The translations under genes and the position numbers were made by a program. A stretch of DNA of 64,000 nucleotides from Thermotoga sp. (lineage in GTDB: Bacteria > Thermotogota > Thermotogae > Mesoaciditogales > Mesoaciditogaceae). The stretch covers positions 8,453 through 72,452 of the forward strand of contig DYLQ01000005.1 of assembly GCA_020722015.1 (NCBI GenBank), given 5' to 3'. The notes under the pieces are model-generated. The model saw only the letters and a program-made list of their open reading frames with translations. It did not search any database and was not told the DNA's origin. This document shows, one piece after another, positions 17,957 to 27,659 of the stretch; positions within the stretch are counted from its first letter, which is position 1; each line of letters opens with the position of its first letter.

Positions 17957-18499
17957 TTGGGAGCGATCAAAGGTCCTGAATTCGTCAACCTTGTATGTGT
18001 TGTTTTTGGAAATGATGTGAATTATAAGATAAAAGATGTAATTGATGCTTTAGAGTGTAGATTTGGAAAGATCGATTTTATATCCAAACCTTTGGATTTC
18101 TCTGAATTCACATCTTACTATGAAAAAGAGATGGGTAAGCCTCTTCAAAGCAGGATATTGAGTTTTGAGATGCTTATTCACCCCTCGGAACTTGCAGATA
18201 TAAAATTGATCACAAATCAAATAGAGATGGACTTTTCGATCGATGAAAAAAGAGTTTTTAACATAGATGCAGGTTATATCTATCATAGCCAATTTGTGCT
18301 TGCAACCACAAAATCATGGGGAAGCAGGATATATCTTAAGAATGGTATATACGCGGAAATAACCTTGCTTTTTCTTAATGGTCATTTTCGTGCCTGGGAA
18401 ATGACCTATCCCAATTACAGAACGCCAGAGTACATCGAAGAACTTGAAAAGATAAGGACTCTTTACATGGAAAAGAAGAGAGATTTGAAAAGGTCATGA
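17957..18499 (+). CDS. DUF4416 family protein
   Basis: FTSYYEKEMG, IHPSELADIKLITNQIE, FNIDAGY, FVLATTK, RIYLKNGIYAE, WTYP-like WEMTYP. Confidence 0.8.
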   Translation: MGAIKGPEFVNLVCVVFGNDVNYKIKDVIDALECRFGKIDFISKPLDFSEFTSYYEKEMGKPLQSRILSFEMLIHPSELADIKLITNQIEMDFSIDEKRVFNIDAGYIYHSQFVLATTKSWGSRIYLKNGIYAEITLLFLNGHFRAWEMTYPNYRTPEYIEELEKIRTLYMEKKRDLKRS

Positions 18500-19776
18500 A
18501 AGTATGGATGGATGTTCTTGGGTGTCCGAAAAACGAGGCCGACTCCGATGTTGTAAAGGCAATACTCACAAGCAATGGGCATGAAATTGTAAGTGATCTT
18601 CAAGATGCAAATGTGGCTATAATAAACACGTGCGCTTTTATATCGGATGCAAAAAAAGAATCAATCGATGAGATATTCGATGTTGTAAGATCCAGAAAGC
18701 GAAAAGACCTCAAGATAATAGTACACGGATGCTTGGTACAGCGTTATTTTAAAGCATTAAAGGCTCAGATACCTGAAGTTGATGCATTTCTTGGTGTTGT
18801 GTCTCCCAAGCGCGTTGCCGATTCTGTCGATAATTTTTCAGACATTCACGGAGAGCCAGAGCCTGTCTATGATTTTTGGGGAAGGACTTCGTTTGGTACG
18901 CCCTACGCCTATGTTAAAATCGGTGATGGATGTGACAGAAAGTGTGCTTTTTGTGCCATACCCTACATAAAGGGTCCTCTGAAAAACAGGAATTACGAAG
19001 ATATTCTCAAAGAAGTTGAGTTTCTCGTTAAAAGCGGCAAAAAAGAGATCATACTCGTTTCGCAGGATTCTACCGGATATGCTTACGGTGATAAAACCTT
19101 AGTCGATCTACTTTTGGATATGGATAATATACCCGGTGATTTTTGGATCCGCTTGCTTTACCTTTATCCGGATGGCGTGGATAAAGCACTTGTTGAGGCC
19201 ATAGCACAATCACGAAAAATTCTTCATTACTTCGATATACCCGTTCAACATGCCTCAGAAAGAATTCTTAAGATGATGAGAAGAAATCCGAATACCGATC
19301 TAAGGAATAAAATTTCTTATGTAAGGCAAATTATCCCAGATTCGATCTTCAGAACATCTTTCATAGTTGGATTTCCATCTGAGACAGATGAAGATTTCGA
19401 AAAAATCATCGAATTGCTTGGAGATGTAAGATTCGACAGGGTAGGAGTTTTTCTTTATTCTGATGAGGAAGGAACTGTGGCACACGATTTAACTCCAAAG
19501 ATCAAAAAGAGTGTTGCCAAGTCAAGATTCGAAAGGATCATGGACTTTCAAAGGGAGATAAATCTCCAAAAAAACGAGAGTTTTATGGGCAAAAAGATGA
19601 AAGTGTTAGTCGAAGAAATTGAAGATGGAATGTATTTAGGGAGAACTTATATGGATGCACCCGAAATAGATGGTGAAGTACATTTCTCTTCAACGAAGAA
19701 AATTGAGATAGGCGAATTTGTAAATGTGGTTGTAAAATCATATGAATTCTACGATCTTGAAGGAGAAGTTGTATGA
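18496..19776 (+). CDS. rimO: ribosomal protein S12 methylthiotransferase
   Basis: LGCPKNEADS, NTCAFI, GCLVQRY, CDRKCAFC radical-SAM motif, APEIDG TRAM domain. Confidence 0.95.
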   Translation: MKVWMDVLGCPKNEADSDVVKAILTSNGHEIVSDLQDANVAIINTCAFISDAKKESIDEIFDVVRSRKRKDLKIIVHGCLVQRYFKALKAQIPEVDAFLGVVSPKRVADSVDNFSDIHGEPEPVYDFWGRTSFGTPYAYVKIGDGCDRKCAFCAIPYIKGPLKNRNYEDILKEVEFLVKSGKKEIILVSQDSTGYAYGDKTLVDLLLDMDNIPGDFWIRLLYLYPDGVDKALVEAIAQSRKILHYFDIPVQHASERILKMMRRNPNTDLRNKISYVRQIIPDSIFRTSFIVGFPSETDEDFEKIIELLGDVRFDRVGVFLYSDEEGTVAHDLTPKIKKSVAKSRFERIMDFQREINLQKNESFMGKKMKVLVEEIEDGMYLGRTYMDAPEIDGEVHFSSTKKIEIGEFVNVVVKSYEFYDLEGEVV

Positions 19777-20312
19777 AAATCACCATTGCAACAAGACTTA
19801 CCATTTTGAGAATTTTGCTTGTCATTCCTTTCATGTATACCGCTTTGAATCATGGTAAAGGTATGGCTATTGCGGCCTTTATATTTTTCATCTCGGCATC
19901 GATAACGGATTTTCTTGATGGAAGAGCTGCAAGGTCCATGAATGAAGTTACAAATCTGGGAAAATTTTTTGATCAAATAGCCGACAAAATACTTGTAGAT
20001 GCGGCCTTACTCGTTTTCCTTCAGATCGGATATGTCGCAAGCTGGTTCGTTATAACGATAATAGCGAGAGATTCGTTTGTCAGTGGTCTCAGGATGATGG
20101 GAGCCGTCAACGGGAAAGTTATATCTGCGAGTTGGTGGGGTAAATTCAAGACAACTTTTCAAATGCTTTTCATAATTTTTGTGCTATTCTACGATATAAA
20201 CCCCATCTTCGGATGGACTTTGAACGTTATCCTGATGTGGATTGCCCTTATTATGACAGTCGTGTCGGGAATAGAATATTTCGTTAAAAATTGGGAGGCA
20301 CTCAAGGATTGA
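19773..20312 (+). CDS. pgsA: CDP-diacylglycerol--glycerol-3-phosphate 3-phosphatidyltransferase
   Basis: TDFLDGRAAR...GKFFDQIADK CDP-alcohol motif; GKFKT. Confidence 0.92.
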   Translation: MKITIATRLTILRILLVIPFMYTALNHGKGMAIAAFIFFISASITDFLDGRAARSMNEVTNLGKFFDQIADKILVDAALLVFLQIGYVASWFVITIIARDSFVSGLRMMGAVNGKVISASWWGKFKTTFQMLFIIFVLFYDINPIFGWTLNVILMWIALIMTVVSGIEYFVKNWEALKD

Positions 20313-20851
20313 GAACATTCATGGCCGTAAGGACAAACACAAAAATAGAAGAGCAGGTAACGAAATTACAGGATTTTCTCAAAGCCAACGGATTTTTTGG
20401 CAGTTGGCCGAAAAAAGAAAATGCCCATCTCACGCTTTTCTTTTTTGGTGAAATAGAAGATCAAAAAATATCCGTTGTTGAAAATCTTATGGACAAAATC
20501 GTTCCGCCTTTTAAACCGTTTTCTTTGAAAGTAAGCGAGATTGGTCTGTTTCCGAATAAAGGTCTTCCCCGTGTTGTTTGGATGAAATGCGAAGGAAACG
20601 AGATTTTGGATCTTTACAAAGATTTGAATGTTGAATTGAAAAAACACGGTTTCTCGTTTGAAGAACGATTCACACCTCATCTCACAGTTGGAAGGTTGAA
20701 GGAAATACCAAAAAACTGGGACGAGACGATTTCCGGCATCACTTACGAGCCTTTGAATTTTGAATGCAATGCTGTCGAACTTTTTTCGTCGATTTTAACT
20801 TACAAAGGCTCGGTGTACAATTCAATTCACAAGAGTATATTTGGAGGTTAA
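20309..20851 (+). CDS. thpR: RNA 2',3'-cyclic phosphodiesterase (2H phosphoesterase)
   Basis: HLTLFF and PHLTVGR 2H motifs; TTG 20309 overlaps the pgsA stop. Confidence 0.9.
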   Translation: MRTFMAVRTNTKIEEQVTKLQDFLKANGFFGSWPKKENAHLTLFFFGEIEDQKISVVENLMDKIVPPFKPFSLKVSEIGLFPNKGLPRVVWMKCEGNEILDLYKDLNVELKKHGFSFEERFTPHLTVGRLKEIPKNWDETISGITYEPLNFECNAVELFSSILTYKGSVYNSIHKSIFGG

Positions 20852-20853
20852 AA

Positions 20854-21900
20854 ATGACTGAAGATTTAACTGGAAGGGAAAAGGCTCTTGAAAGTGCTAT
20901 AAAGCAGATAGAAAGAGATTTTGGAAAAGGATCGATAATGATATTAGGTGAAGAGGAGATCGCCAAAAATATCGAAACGATACCAACAGGTTCTTTGTCA
21001 CTCGACATAGCACTTGGAGTGGGTGGATATCCACGTGGCAGAGTTGTAGAGATATATGGTCCTGAATCAAGTGGGAAAACAACTCTTGCGCTTCATGCAA
21101 TTGCTCAGGCCCAAAAACTTGGTGGAACAGTTGCTTTCATAGACGTCGAGCATGCTCTTGATCCATCCTATGCGAAGAATCTTGGCGTTGACGTTGGGAA
21201 ACTCGTGATATCACAGCCAGACGGTGGAGAACAGGCTTTAGAAATAGTCGATACTTTGGTAAGATCAAATGCCATAGACATAGTCGTCATTGACTCTGTC
21301 GCTGCTCTCACGCCAAGGGCTGAAATCGAAGGTGCGATGGGAGATACACAAATAGGTCTTCAAGCCCGTCTCATGTCGCAAGCTTTGAGAAAATTAACTT
21401 CAAATGTCAGCAAGTCAAGGGCTATAGTGTTTTTTACAAACCAGATCAGAATGAAGATAGGTGTTATGTTTGGAAATCCTGAAACAACTTCAGGAGGTAA
21501 TGCTTTAAAATTTTACGCAACTATAAGACTCGATATAAGGCGTGGGGAAGCCATAAAAGAAGGCGACAAGATAATCGGAAATGAAACGAGAGTTAAGGTT
21601 GTTAAAAACAAAGTTGCACCTCCATTCAAAGAAGCACATTTCGACATAATTTACGGAAGGGGCATAGTCAGAGAGAATGAACTCGTCGATCTTGGTACTA
21701 ACGAAGGATTGATATCGAAGAAGGGATCATGGTTCAGCTATACCGGTCTTGACGGTAAAGAGATAAGCTTAGGTCAAGGCAAGAACAACGTAGTTCAATA
21801 TCTTACTGAGAATAAAGCTATTGCAGACGAAATTGAAAAAAGGATAAGAGAGGCCCATGGCCTTCTGAAAGTTTCTAATGGAGAAGGAAAAGAATCTTGA
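20854..21900 (+). CDS. recA: recombinase RecA
   Basis: [38 protein letters not shown]; GGAGG SD before ATG 20854. Confidence 0.98.
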   Translation: MTEDLTGREKALESAIKQIERDFGKGSIMILGEEEIAKNIETIPTGSLSLDIALGVGGYPRGRVVEIYGPESSGKTTLALHAIAQAQKLGGTVAFIDVEHALDPSYAKNLGVDVGKLVISQPDGGEQALEIVDTLVRSNAIDIVVIDSVAALTPRAEIEGAMGDTQIGLQARLMSQALRKLTSNVSKSRAIVFFTNQIRMKIGVMFGNPETTSGGNALKFYATIRLDIRRGEAIKEGDKIIGNETRVKVVKNKVAPPFKEAHFDIIYGRGIVRENELVDLGTNEGLISKKGSWFSYTGLDGKEISLGQGKNNVVQYLTENKAIADEIEKRIREAHGLLKVSNGEGKES

Positions 21901-22336
21901 AAATGCAAGGAAAGATGCCCTTAGACTTTTGAATTTAAGGGCTCGATCCGAATTGGAAATATTTAACAGGCTTAAAGAAAAAGGATACGATCAAAATACG
22001 GTAAATGCTCTGATTTCAGAGTTTAAGAGTAAAGGTCTCTTAGATGATTTTAAATTTGCGAAACTTTATGCTTCAGATCAGATAGAAATCAAATTTAAGG
22101 GGCCAAAATATGTTGAATACGAATTGAAGGAATTTGGAATTGATAAGGAGATCATCGCGAAGGTAATTGATGAAGTTTTAAATGGCATCGATCTGAAAGA
22201 GATTTTTAAGCGCTTTAAAACAGCGCATCAACGGGATTCTGAAGATAAACTTTTTCAAAAACTTGTAAATAGAGGGTTCGATACTTACACTGTAAAACGA
22301 TTGTTGCGTGAGATCTCCAAAGAAATGGAGGCATAA
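21878..22336 (+). CDS. recX: regulatory protein RecX
   Basis: [37 protein letters not shown]; directly after recA. Confidence 0.88.
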   Translation: MEKEKNLENARKDALRLLNLRARSELEIFNRLKEKGYDQNTVNALISEFKSKGLLDDFKFAKLYASDQIEIKFKGPKYVEYELKEFGIDKEIIAKVIDEVLNGIDLKEIFKRFKTAHQRDSEDKLFQKLVNRGFDTYTVKRLLREISKEMEA

Positions 22337-22339
22337 TGG

Positions 22340-23884
22340 ATGAATAATGTAATTTTGATGATAATTATCTTGGTTCCGAGTGTTGTACTTGCGGCCTTAA
22401 TAGGATATCAATTTGGAAAAGTAAAAATCTTTAAAGATCAAAAAGCTGCAAAATCAGATTCCGATAGCATCCTTAAGAATGCTCAAGAAGAAGCTCAGAA
22501 GATAAAGAAAGAAATGATCATAGAGGCGAAACAGGAAATAACCGCTTTACGGGAATCATTTTCTAAAGAAATCAAGAAGCAGCAAGACGATCTGAAACAA
22601 ATTGAGGAAAGATCTCTAAGACATGAAGAAGCCATAGCTAAAAGGGAAGAAACACTTTCCAAAAAAGAAGAAAAAATAGAGGATTTAAGGGTAAGCCTTG
22701 AAAAAGAAAGGGAAAAAATAGGACAGCTTGTAAAAGAACAAGAAAACAAGCTGCATGAAATAGCTTCCTTAAGTCAAGAAGAGGCAAGGCAGCTTGTAAT
22801 AAACATGACAAGAGAAGAGATGGAAAAAACGCTTGCGAAAATGTACGCTGAAATAAAGGAAAAATACTCAGAAGAAGCAGAAAATGAATCAAAATGGGTT
22901 ATAAGTACCGCAGTTCAAAGGTATGCCAGCAATTACGTTGGAGACATAACCGTTTCATCCATTGAACTGCCAAACGATGATATGAAAGGAAGAATAATAG
23001 GAAGAGAGGGTCGTAACATAAGAGCCTTTGAAAATCTAACAGGCGTGGATATAATAATCGATGATACTCCCGAAAACGTGGTACTTTCATGTTTCGATCC
23101 GCTAAGAAGGGAAATAGCCAAAATGACCCTTGAAAAACTTATAGAAGATGGCAGGATACATCCAGCCATGATAGAAGAATTTTACGATAAATCGAAAAAA
23201 GAAATCGAAAAGATCATACACGATGAAGGTCAAAAGGCTATATTGACGGTCGGGATATCCAACATGCATCCCGAACTCATAAAATTGCTTGGAAGGTTGA
23301 AATTTAGAACGAGTTTTGGTCAAAATGTGCTTTATCATTCCATCGAAGTTTCTCAAATAGCAGCGATGATGGCGGAAGAAATAGGACTTGATGTTGAAAA
23401 AGTCAAAAGAGGTGCTCTTTTACACGACATAGGTAAAGCGGTAGATCATGAGGTGCAAGGCACACATGCCATGATTGGTGGAGAGCTTGCAAGAAGGTAT
23501 AGGGAGAAAGATGCCGTTGTTAACATAATTCAGGCGCATCATGAAGAAGTCCCGTTCCAAACACCGGAGGCGGTACTTGTCGCTGCTGCCGACTCAATAA
23601 GCGCTTCGAGACCCGGCGCAAGAAGAGAAAGTATAGAGATATACATAAAAAGGCTTCAAAAGCTTGAAGAAATAGCGATGACACACAAAAGTGTGACAAA
23701 AGCTTACGCAATTCAAGCAGGTCGTGAAATCAGAATTATAGTTGAACCTGATAAAATAGATGATCAACTGGCGGATAAAATGGCTTACGACATTGCCAAA
23801 GAAATAGAGTTTTCAATGGAATATCCAGGTCAGATCAAAGTCGTTGTTATAAGAGAAAAAAGAAGTGTCGAGTATGCAAAATGA
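22340..23884 (+). CDS. rny: ribonuclease Y
   Basis: N-terminal TM plus coiled coil; KH domain (KGRIIGREGRNIR); HD domain (LLHDIGKA). Confidence 0.97.
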   Translation: MNNVILMIIILVPSVVLAALIGYQFGKVKIFKDQKAAKSDSDSILKNAQEEAQKIKKEMIIEAKQEITALRESFSKEIKKQQDDLKQIEERSLRHEEAIAKREETLSKKEEKIEDLRVSLEKEREKIGQLVKEQENKLHEIASLSQEEARQLVINMTREEMEKTLAKMYAEIKEKYSEEAENESKWVISTAVQRYASNYVGDITVSSIELPNDDMKGRIIGREGRNIRAFENLTGVDIIIDDTPENVVLSCFDPLRREIAKMTLEKLIEDGRIHPAMIEEFYDKSKKEIEKIIHDEGQKAILTVGISNMHPELIKLLGRLKFRTSFGQNVLYHSIEVSQIAAMMAEEIGLDVEKVKRGALLHDIGKAVDHEVQGTHAMIGGELARRYREKDAVVNIIQAHHEEVPFQTPEAVLVAAADSISASRPGARRESIEIYIKRLQKLEEIAMTHKSVTKAYAIQAGREIRIIVEPDKIDDQLADKMAYDIAKEIEFSMEYPGQIKVVVIREKRSVEYAK

Positions 23885-24002
23885 ATTTTGTTTTCAAAAG
23901 TTGATATACGGTCGGTCTTTGTTCAATCGATGATTCACGGGCGAGACGAAGCCGGTAGAATTAGTTAGACAAAAAGGTGCCGATCTCTAAGGAGGAGATT
24001 AA

Positions 24003-25787
24003 TTGAAAAACGGTTCTTTGATCGTGAAGATCGCCATCGTAATTGTAATGGTTGTCATTGGTTTGCTCGCTACTTTTTATGTAAACGGCTATTTTTCCGT
24101 ATGGTCTTCGAATTTGAAGGTTGACAAAGTCGATGTAACTGTAAAAGTTGATTCAAGTGGAATTGCCCATATATATGAGAGTGATTATTACACCTTTACA
24201 AAACCTTACCACGGTCTCGCCCCTTACACGCAATTTCCGAATGGTGTTTCCATGAGCAATTTCAGATTGTCTGTTGAAGGCGCGACCATCCAAAAGACTG
24301 AAGGGAATGTGAATCAAAACGGATTCGATCTGCTTGTTTATTTGAACAATGGGTATACCGTACCGAAACCAGGCGGTGATAACGTTGTCATGAACCTTTC
24401 TTACGATGTCACCGGTGGATTTCAAAATGGAATTGATTTCTCTCAGTTTTTTTACAAATTTTGGGGTAAAGGCACGCCTTCATGGGTACCGTTGTTGACA
24501 GTTCATTACATATTCCCATCGAATTTCAACGTAGAAAGGATCTTTCCTCATCCACTTGATGTTTCTCATCAGGTGATCATGAATGGAAAGAACGATTTCA
24601 CCGTGATATATCACAATATACCTCCAGACACCTACGCAGAGGCAAGGGTGGTATTTCCGCTTACAAAAGTTGAATATTTTTCTCCCCTTCCCATGACGCT
24701 AAAACAAGTCGAGGGGATCGAAAATGGGTATTCAAATGGCATTTTCTGGCAATGGTTCTGGATAGCGACGTTGATCATCCTGATACCTTTGATTCCTTTG
24801 TTGTTCAGAAGATTGTTCGGAATTGAGCCAAAAGTCGATGTGGCAGAATACGAGCGAGAAATTCCGTTTGATGATCCTCCAGAATTTGTAAATGCCGTCG
24901 TCAAGAGACTTATATCAGCACCTGATTCAGATGGCTTTGCCGCGGCAATGCTTAACCTTGTTGATAAAGGGTACCTCGATTTTTCCGGTGAAAATGCTTT
25001 TAAAGTCTTAGACGGTAAGAAACCTTTGAGTGAAAGCGAAAAGATGCTATTTTACAATGTCGTTAAACCATTTTCCATGGATGGAATTTTCGATCCAAAA
25101 GCCATTGCGGAATCGATGAAAGGAAACATTCAAAAAGCGCAGAAATTCAATAATGCCTTTGTTGATTGGAAAATGAAGGTTTTAACGGACTCAGAAACCA
25201 AAAATTACCTTCTCACTTACGGTAACACGATAACAAAAATAGTAACTGTTTTTGCTTTGATCATTCTTCCAATCGTGTTGGTTTTCTTGAACATTTATAG
25301 CGGCAGAGCCTATCCAAATTTTTTGATGATTCTCAGTTGGGTAACCTTTGCAGATTGGATTACTGCGTGGATAATACTCATGCTTCCACGTGATATCTTT
25401 GGAAGATGGACAAAAGACGGAAGGACTTATTACCTTAGATGGAAACATTTTGAGAAATATCTTATGGATTACTCTTTGATAAAAGAGAAGCCTCCGGAAT
25501 CGATACTCATCTGGAAACAATATCTCGTTTACGGCACCAGTCTTGGGATAGCAAAGCATGTCATTAAAGCCATAAAAGAAATAAATCCACCTGAGATTGT
25601 GGAATCCGATCCATTTTTTCCAGCCTTTACAACTATGCTCTGGTATGATTCTTTGATAATGCTGCCAGAAAGTGCCATGATAAATGCTAACGTTCAGCAG
25701 GTTGGAAATATGGGTAATTTTGGTGGCGGCAGTTTTGGTGGTAACGTGGGTGGTGGCTTTGGCGGCGGCGGAAGGGGAGGTTTCTGA
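24003..25787 (+). CDS. DUF2207 family membrane protein
   Basis: N-terminal TM, periplasmic domain, LVDKGYL, WKQYLVYGTSLGI, Gly-rich tail. Confidence 0.85.
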   Translation: MKNGSLIVKIAIVIVMVVIGLLATFYVNGYFSVWSSNLKVDKVDVTVKVDSSGIAHIYESDYYTFTKPYHGLAPYTQFPNGVSMSNFRLSVEGATIQKTEGNVNQNGFDLLVYLNNGYTVPKPGGDNVVMNLSYDVTGGFQNGIDFSQFFYKFWGKGTPSWVPLLTVHYIFPSNFNVERIFPHPLDVSHQVIMNGKNDFTVIYHNIPPDTYAEARVVFPLTKVEYFSPLPMTLKQVEGIENGYSNGIFWQWFWIATLIILIPLIPLLFRRLFGIEPKVDVAEYEREIPFDDPPEFVNAVVKRLISAPDSDGFAAAMLNLVDKGYLDFSGENAFKVLDGKKPLSESEKMLFYNVVKPFSMDGIFDPKAIAESMKGNIQKAQKFNNAFVDWKMKVLTDSETKNYLLTYGNTITKIVTVFALIILPIVLVFLNIYSGRAYPNFLMILSWVTFADWITAWIILMLPRDIFGRWTKDGRTYYLRWKHFEKYLMDYSLIKEKPPESILIWKQYLVYGTSLGIAKHVIKAIKEINPPEIVESDPFFPAFTTMLWYDSLIMLPESAMINANVQQVGNMGNFGGGSFGGNVGGGFGGGGRGGF

Positions 25788-26902
25788 TGAAAGATTTTGT
25801 TCTCATTGTAGGATCTGGTCTTGCAGGGGCAACTTCGGCAAGAATTATCGCAGAGTCCGGCTTTAGGGTTTTTGTCGTTGAAAAGCTTAACCATATTGCC
25901 GGACATGCTTACGATGAATTCAACGAAGATGGGATTTTAGTTCATACCTATGGCCCACACATTTTTCACACCAAAGATAAATCTGTCTTCGATTTTCTAA
26001 GCAGGTTCACATCGTGGAATTATTACCAGCACAGAGTTTTAAGTTACGTAGACGGTATGTACGTTCCGTTTCCCATCAACAGAGACACGATTTCTCAGAT
26101 ATTTGGAATAAAACTTTCGATAGAAGATGTCGATAATTTCCTCGATAACGAGGTTAAAAATTCAAAATTTGCGAATCCTCCGATCAACTTTGAAGATGCC
26201 GTTGTTTCTCAAATAGGCAGAAGACTTTACGAAAAATTTTTCATGAATTACACAAGAAAACAATGGAACAGAGTACCATCGGAACTTTCTCCCGAAATTG
26301 CGAAGAGAATTCCCACAAGATCCAATCGTGACGGAAGATATTTTTCAGATACTTATCAAGGTCTTCCCCTTCACGGGTACACAAAAATGATTGAAAAAAT
26401 GCTTGATCATCCCAACATATCGGTTTTAACGAATTGCGATTATTTTGAAATAAAACCCGAGTTAAAACCAATTATGACCGTTTACACTGGTAAATTGGAC
26501 GATTTTTTTGGGAAAATTCATGGAGATCTCGAGTACAGATCTCTTAAACTTGATTTTAAAACGTATCGTCAGGAATACTACCAACCCGTTTCGGTTGTGA
26601 ACTATCCGAATGATTATGATTGGACAAGGATAACGGAATTCAAACACATGACTGGGCAGAAATCAGATCTTACAACTGTCTGTTACGAGTACCCAATTGA
26701 TAGCGGTGAACCTTATTACGTTGTTATGACGGAAGAAAATATGAAAAAAAGGGCACTTTACATGAAAGAGGTTGAAAAGATCGAAGAATACGGAGAGCAC
26801 CTATTTATCGGCAGACTTGCCGAATACAAATACTACAACATGGACGAAGTTGTCGCAAGGAGTTTTCAAAAAACAGAAGAATGGCTAAGGAGGAAAAAAT
26901 GA
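25787..26902 (+). CDS. glf: UDP-galactopyranose mutase
   Basis: GSGLAG, HTYGPHIFHT, YTRKQW, RYFSDTYQGLP, GRLAEYKYYNMD. Confidence 0.95.
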   Translation: MKDFVLIVGSGLAGATSARIIAESGFRVFVVEKLNHIAGHAYDEFNEDGILVHTYGPHIFHTKDKSVFDFLSRFTSWNYYQHRVLSYVDGMYVPFPINRDTISQIFGIKLSIEDVDNFLDNEVKNSKFANPPINFEDAVVSQIGRRLYEKFFMNYTRKQWNRVPSELSPEIAKRIPTRSNRDGRYFSDTYQGLPLHGYTKMIEKMLDHPNISVLTNCDYFEIKPELKPIMTVYTGKLDDFFGKIHGDLEYRSLKLDFKTYRQEYYQPVSVVNYPNDYDWTRITEFKHMTGQKSDLTTVCYEYPIDSGEPYYVVMTEENMKKRALYMKEVEKIEEYGEHLFIGRLAEYKYYNMDEVVARSFQKTEEWLRRKK

Positions 26903-27621
26903 GAACTGTAAATTTGAAGAACAAAGGAAAAGTATTCACCATCATAAACAGCACTGGCAAAAATACCCCTGTTGTCGTCATGTTTCACGGCTTTACCGGA
27001 AATCACATAGAAGCGCATTTCATCTTTGCACGGCTTTCAAAGGCTCTTGAGAAAGTTGGCATATCGTCTGTGAGATTCGACTTCAGAGGCTCTGGAAATA
27101 GTGATTGGCCTTTTGAGAAAATGACGCTTTCTTCCGAAATTTCTGATGCACTCAAAGTCATAGAATACACGAGAAGGAACTTCGACAACAAATTAGGAGT
27201 GCTTGGTCTTTCTATGGGTGGAACCATTGCCCTTTTGACGGCTAACCAGATCGATCCCGACGCTCTTTGTCTGTGGGCACCTGCTTCCAAAAACAAAGAG
27301 ATTTTTTCAAAGGGTATTCCATCTGTCCCAAAAGATCTCCGTTTCTTTGATGTGGGAGGAATAAGGGTATCAAAAGAATTCACGAAGGAAGTGCTGACAT
27401 TTGATGCCTTCGGCGAGGCAAAAAAATACAAAAAGCCGACCCTTATAATTCATGGTACATCTGATCAATCCGTTCCATTTGAGCATAGCCAAGATCTCGT
27501 TAAAGAATTCAAAAAGGGAACGCTTCTTCCGATTGAAGGATCGGATCACGTTTTCAGTTCTTACGATTGGTCAGAACTTGTTATATCTGAAACCGTTAAG
27601 TTTTTTGAAAGTAATCTTTAA
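26899..27621 (+). CDS. alpha/beta hydrolase (esterase-like)
   Basis: HGFTG, RFDFRGSG, GLSMGG nucleophile, HGTSD, DH catalytic His. Confidence 0.88.
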   Translation: MRTVNLKNKGKVFTIINSTGKNTPVVVMFHGFTGNHIEAHFIFARLSKALEKVGISSVRFDFRGSGNSDWPFEKMTLSSEISDALKVIEYTRRNFDNKLGVLGLSMGGTIALLTANQIDPDALCLWAPASKNKEIFSKGIPSVPKDLRFFDVGGIRVSKEFTKEVLTFDAFGEAKKYKKPTLIIHGTSDQSVPFEHSQDLVKEFKKGTLLPIEGSDHVFSSYDWSELVISETVKFFESNL

Positions 27622-27624
27622 ATT

Positions 27625-27653
27625 AAAAAAGGCGGAAGATTTTCCGCCTTTTT
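27625..27653. terminator. bidirectional terminator
   Basis: AAAAAA-GGCGGAA-gatt-TTCCGCC-TTTTT between convergent genes. Confidence 0.9.
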
Positions 27654-27659
27654 GATATT

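Noticed and set aside
23885-24000. 6S or SRP RNA next to rny
   Set aside because: The fold-back is only ~76 nt and lacks the SRP helix-8 motif; kept only as a generic structured-RNA candidate
25720-25784. GGT/GGC-rich low-complexity stretch
   Set aside because: It encodes the Gly-rich tail usual in DUF2207 proteins
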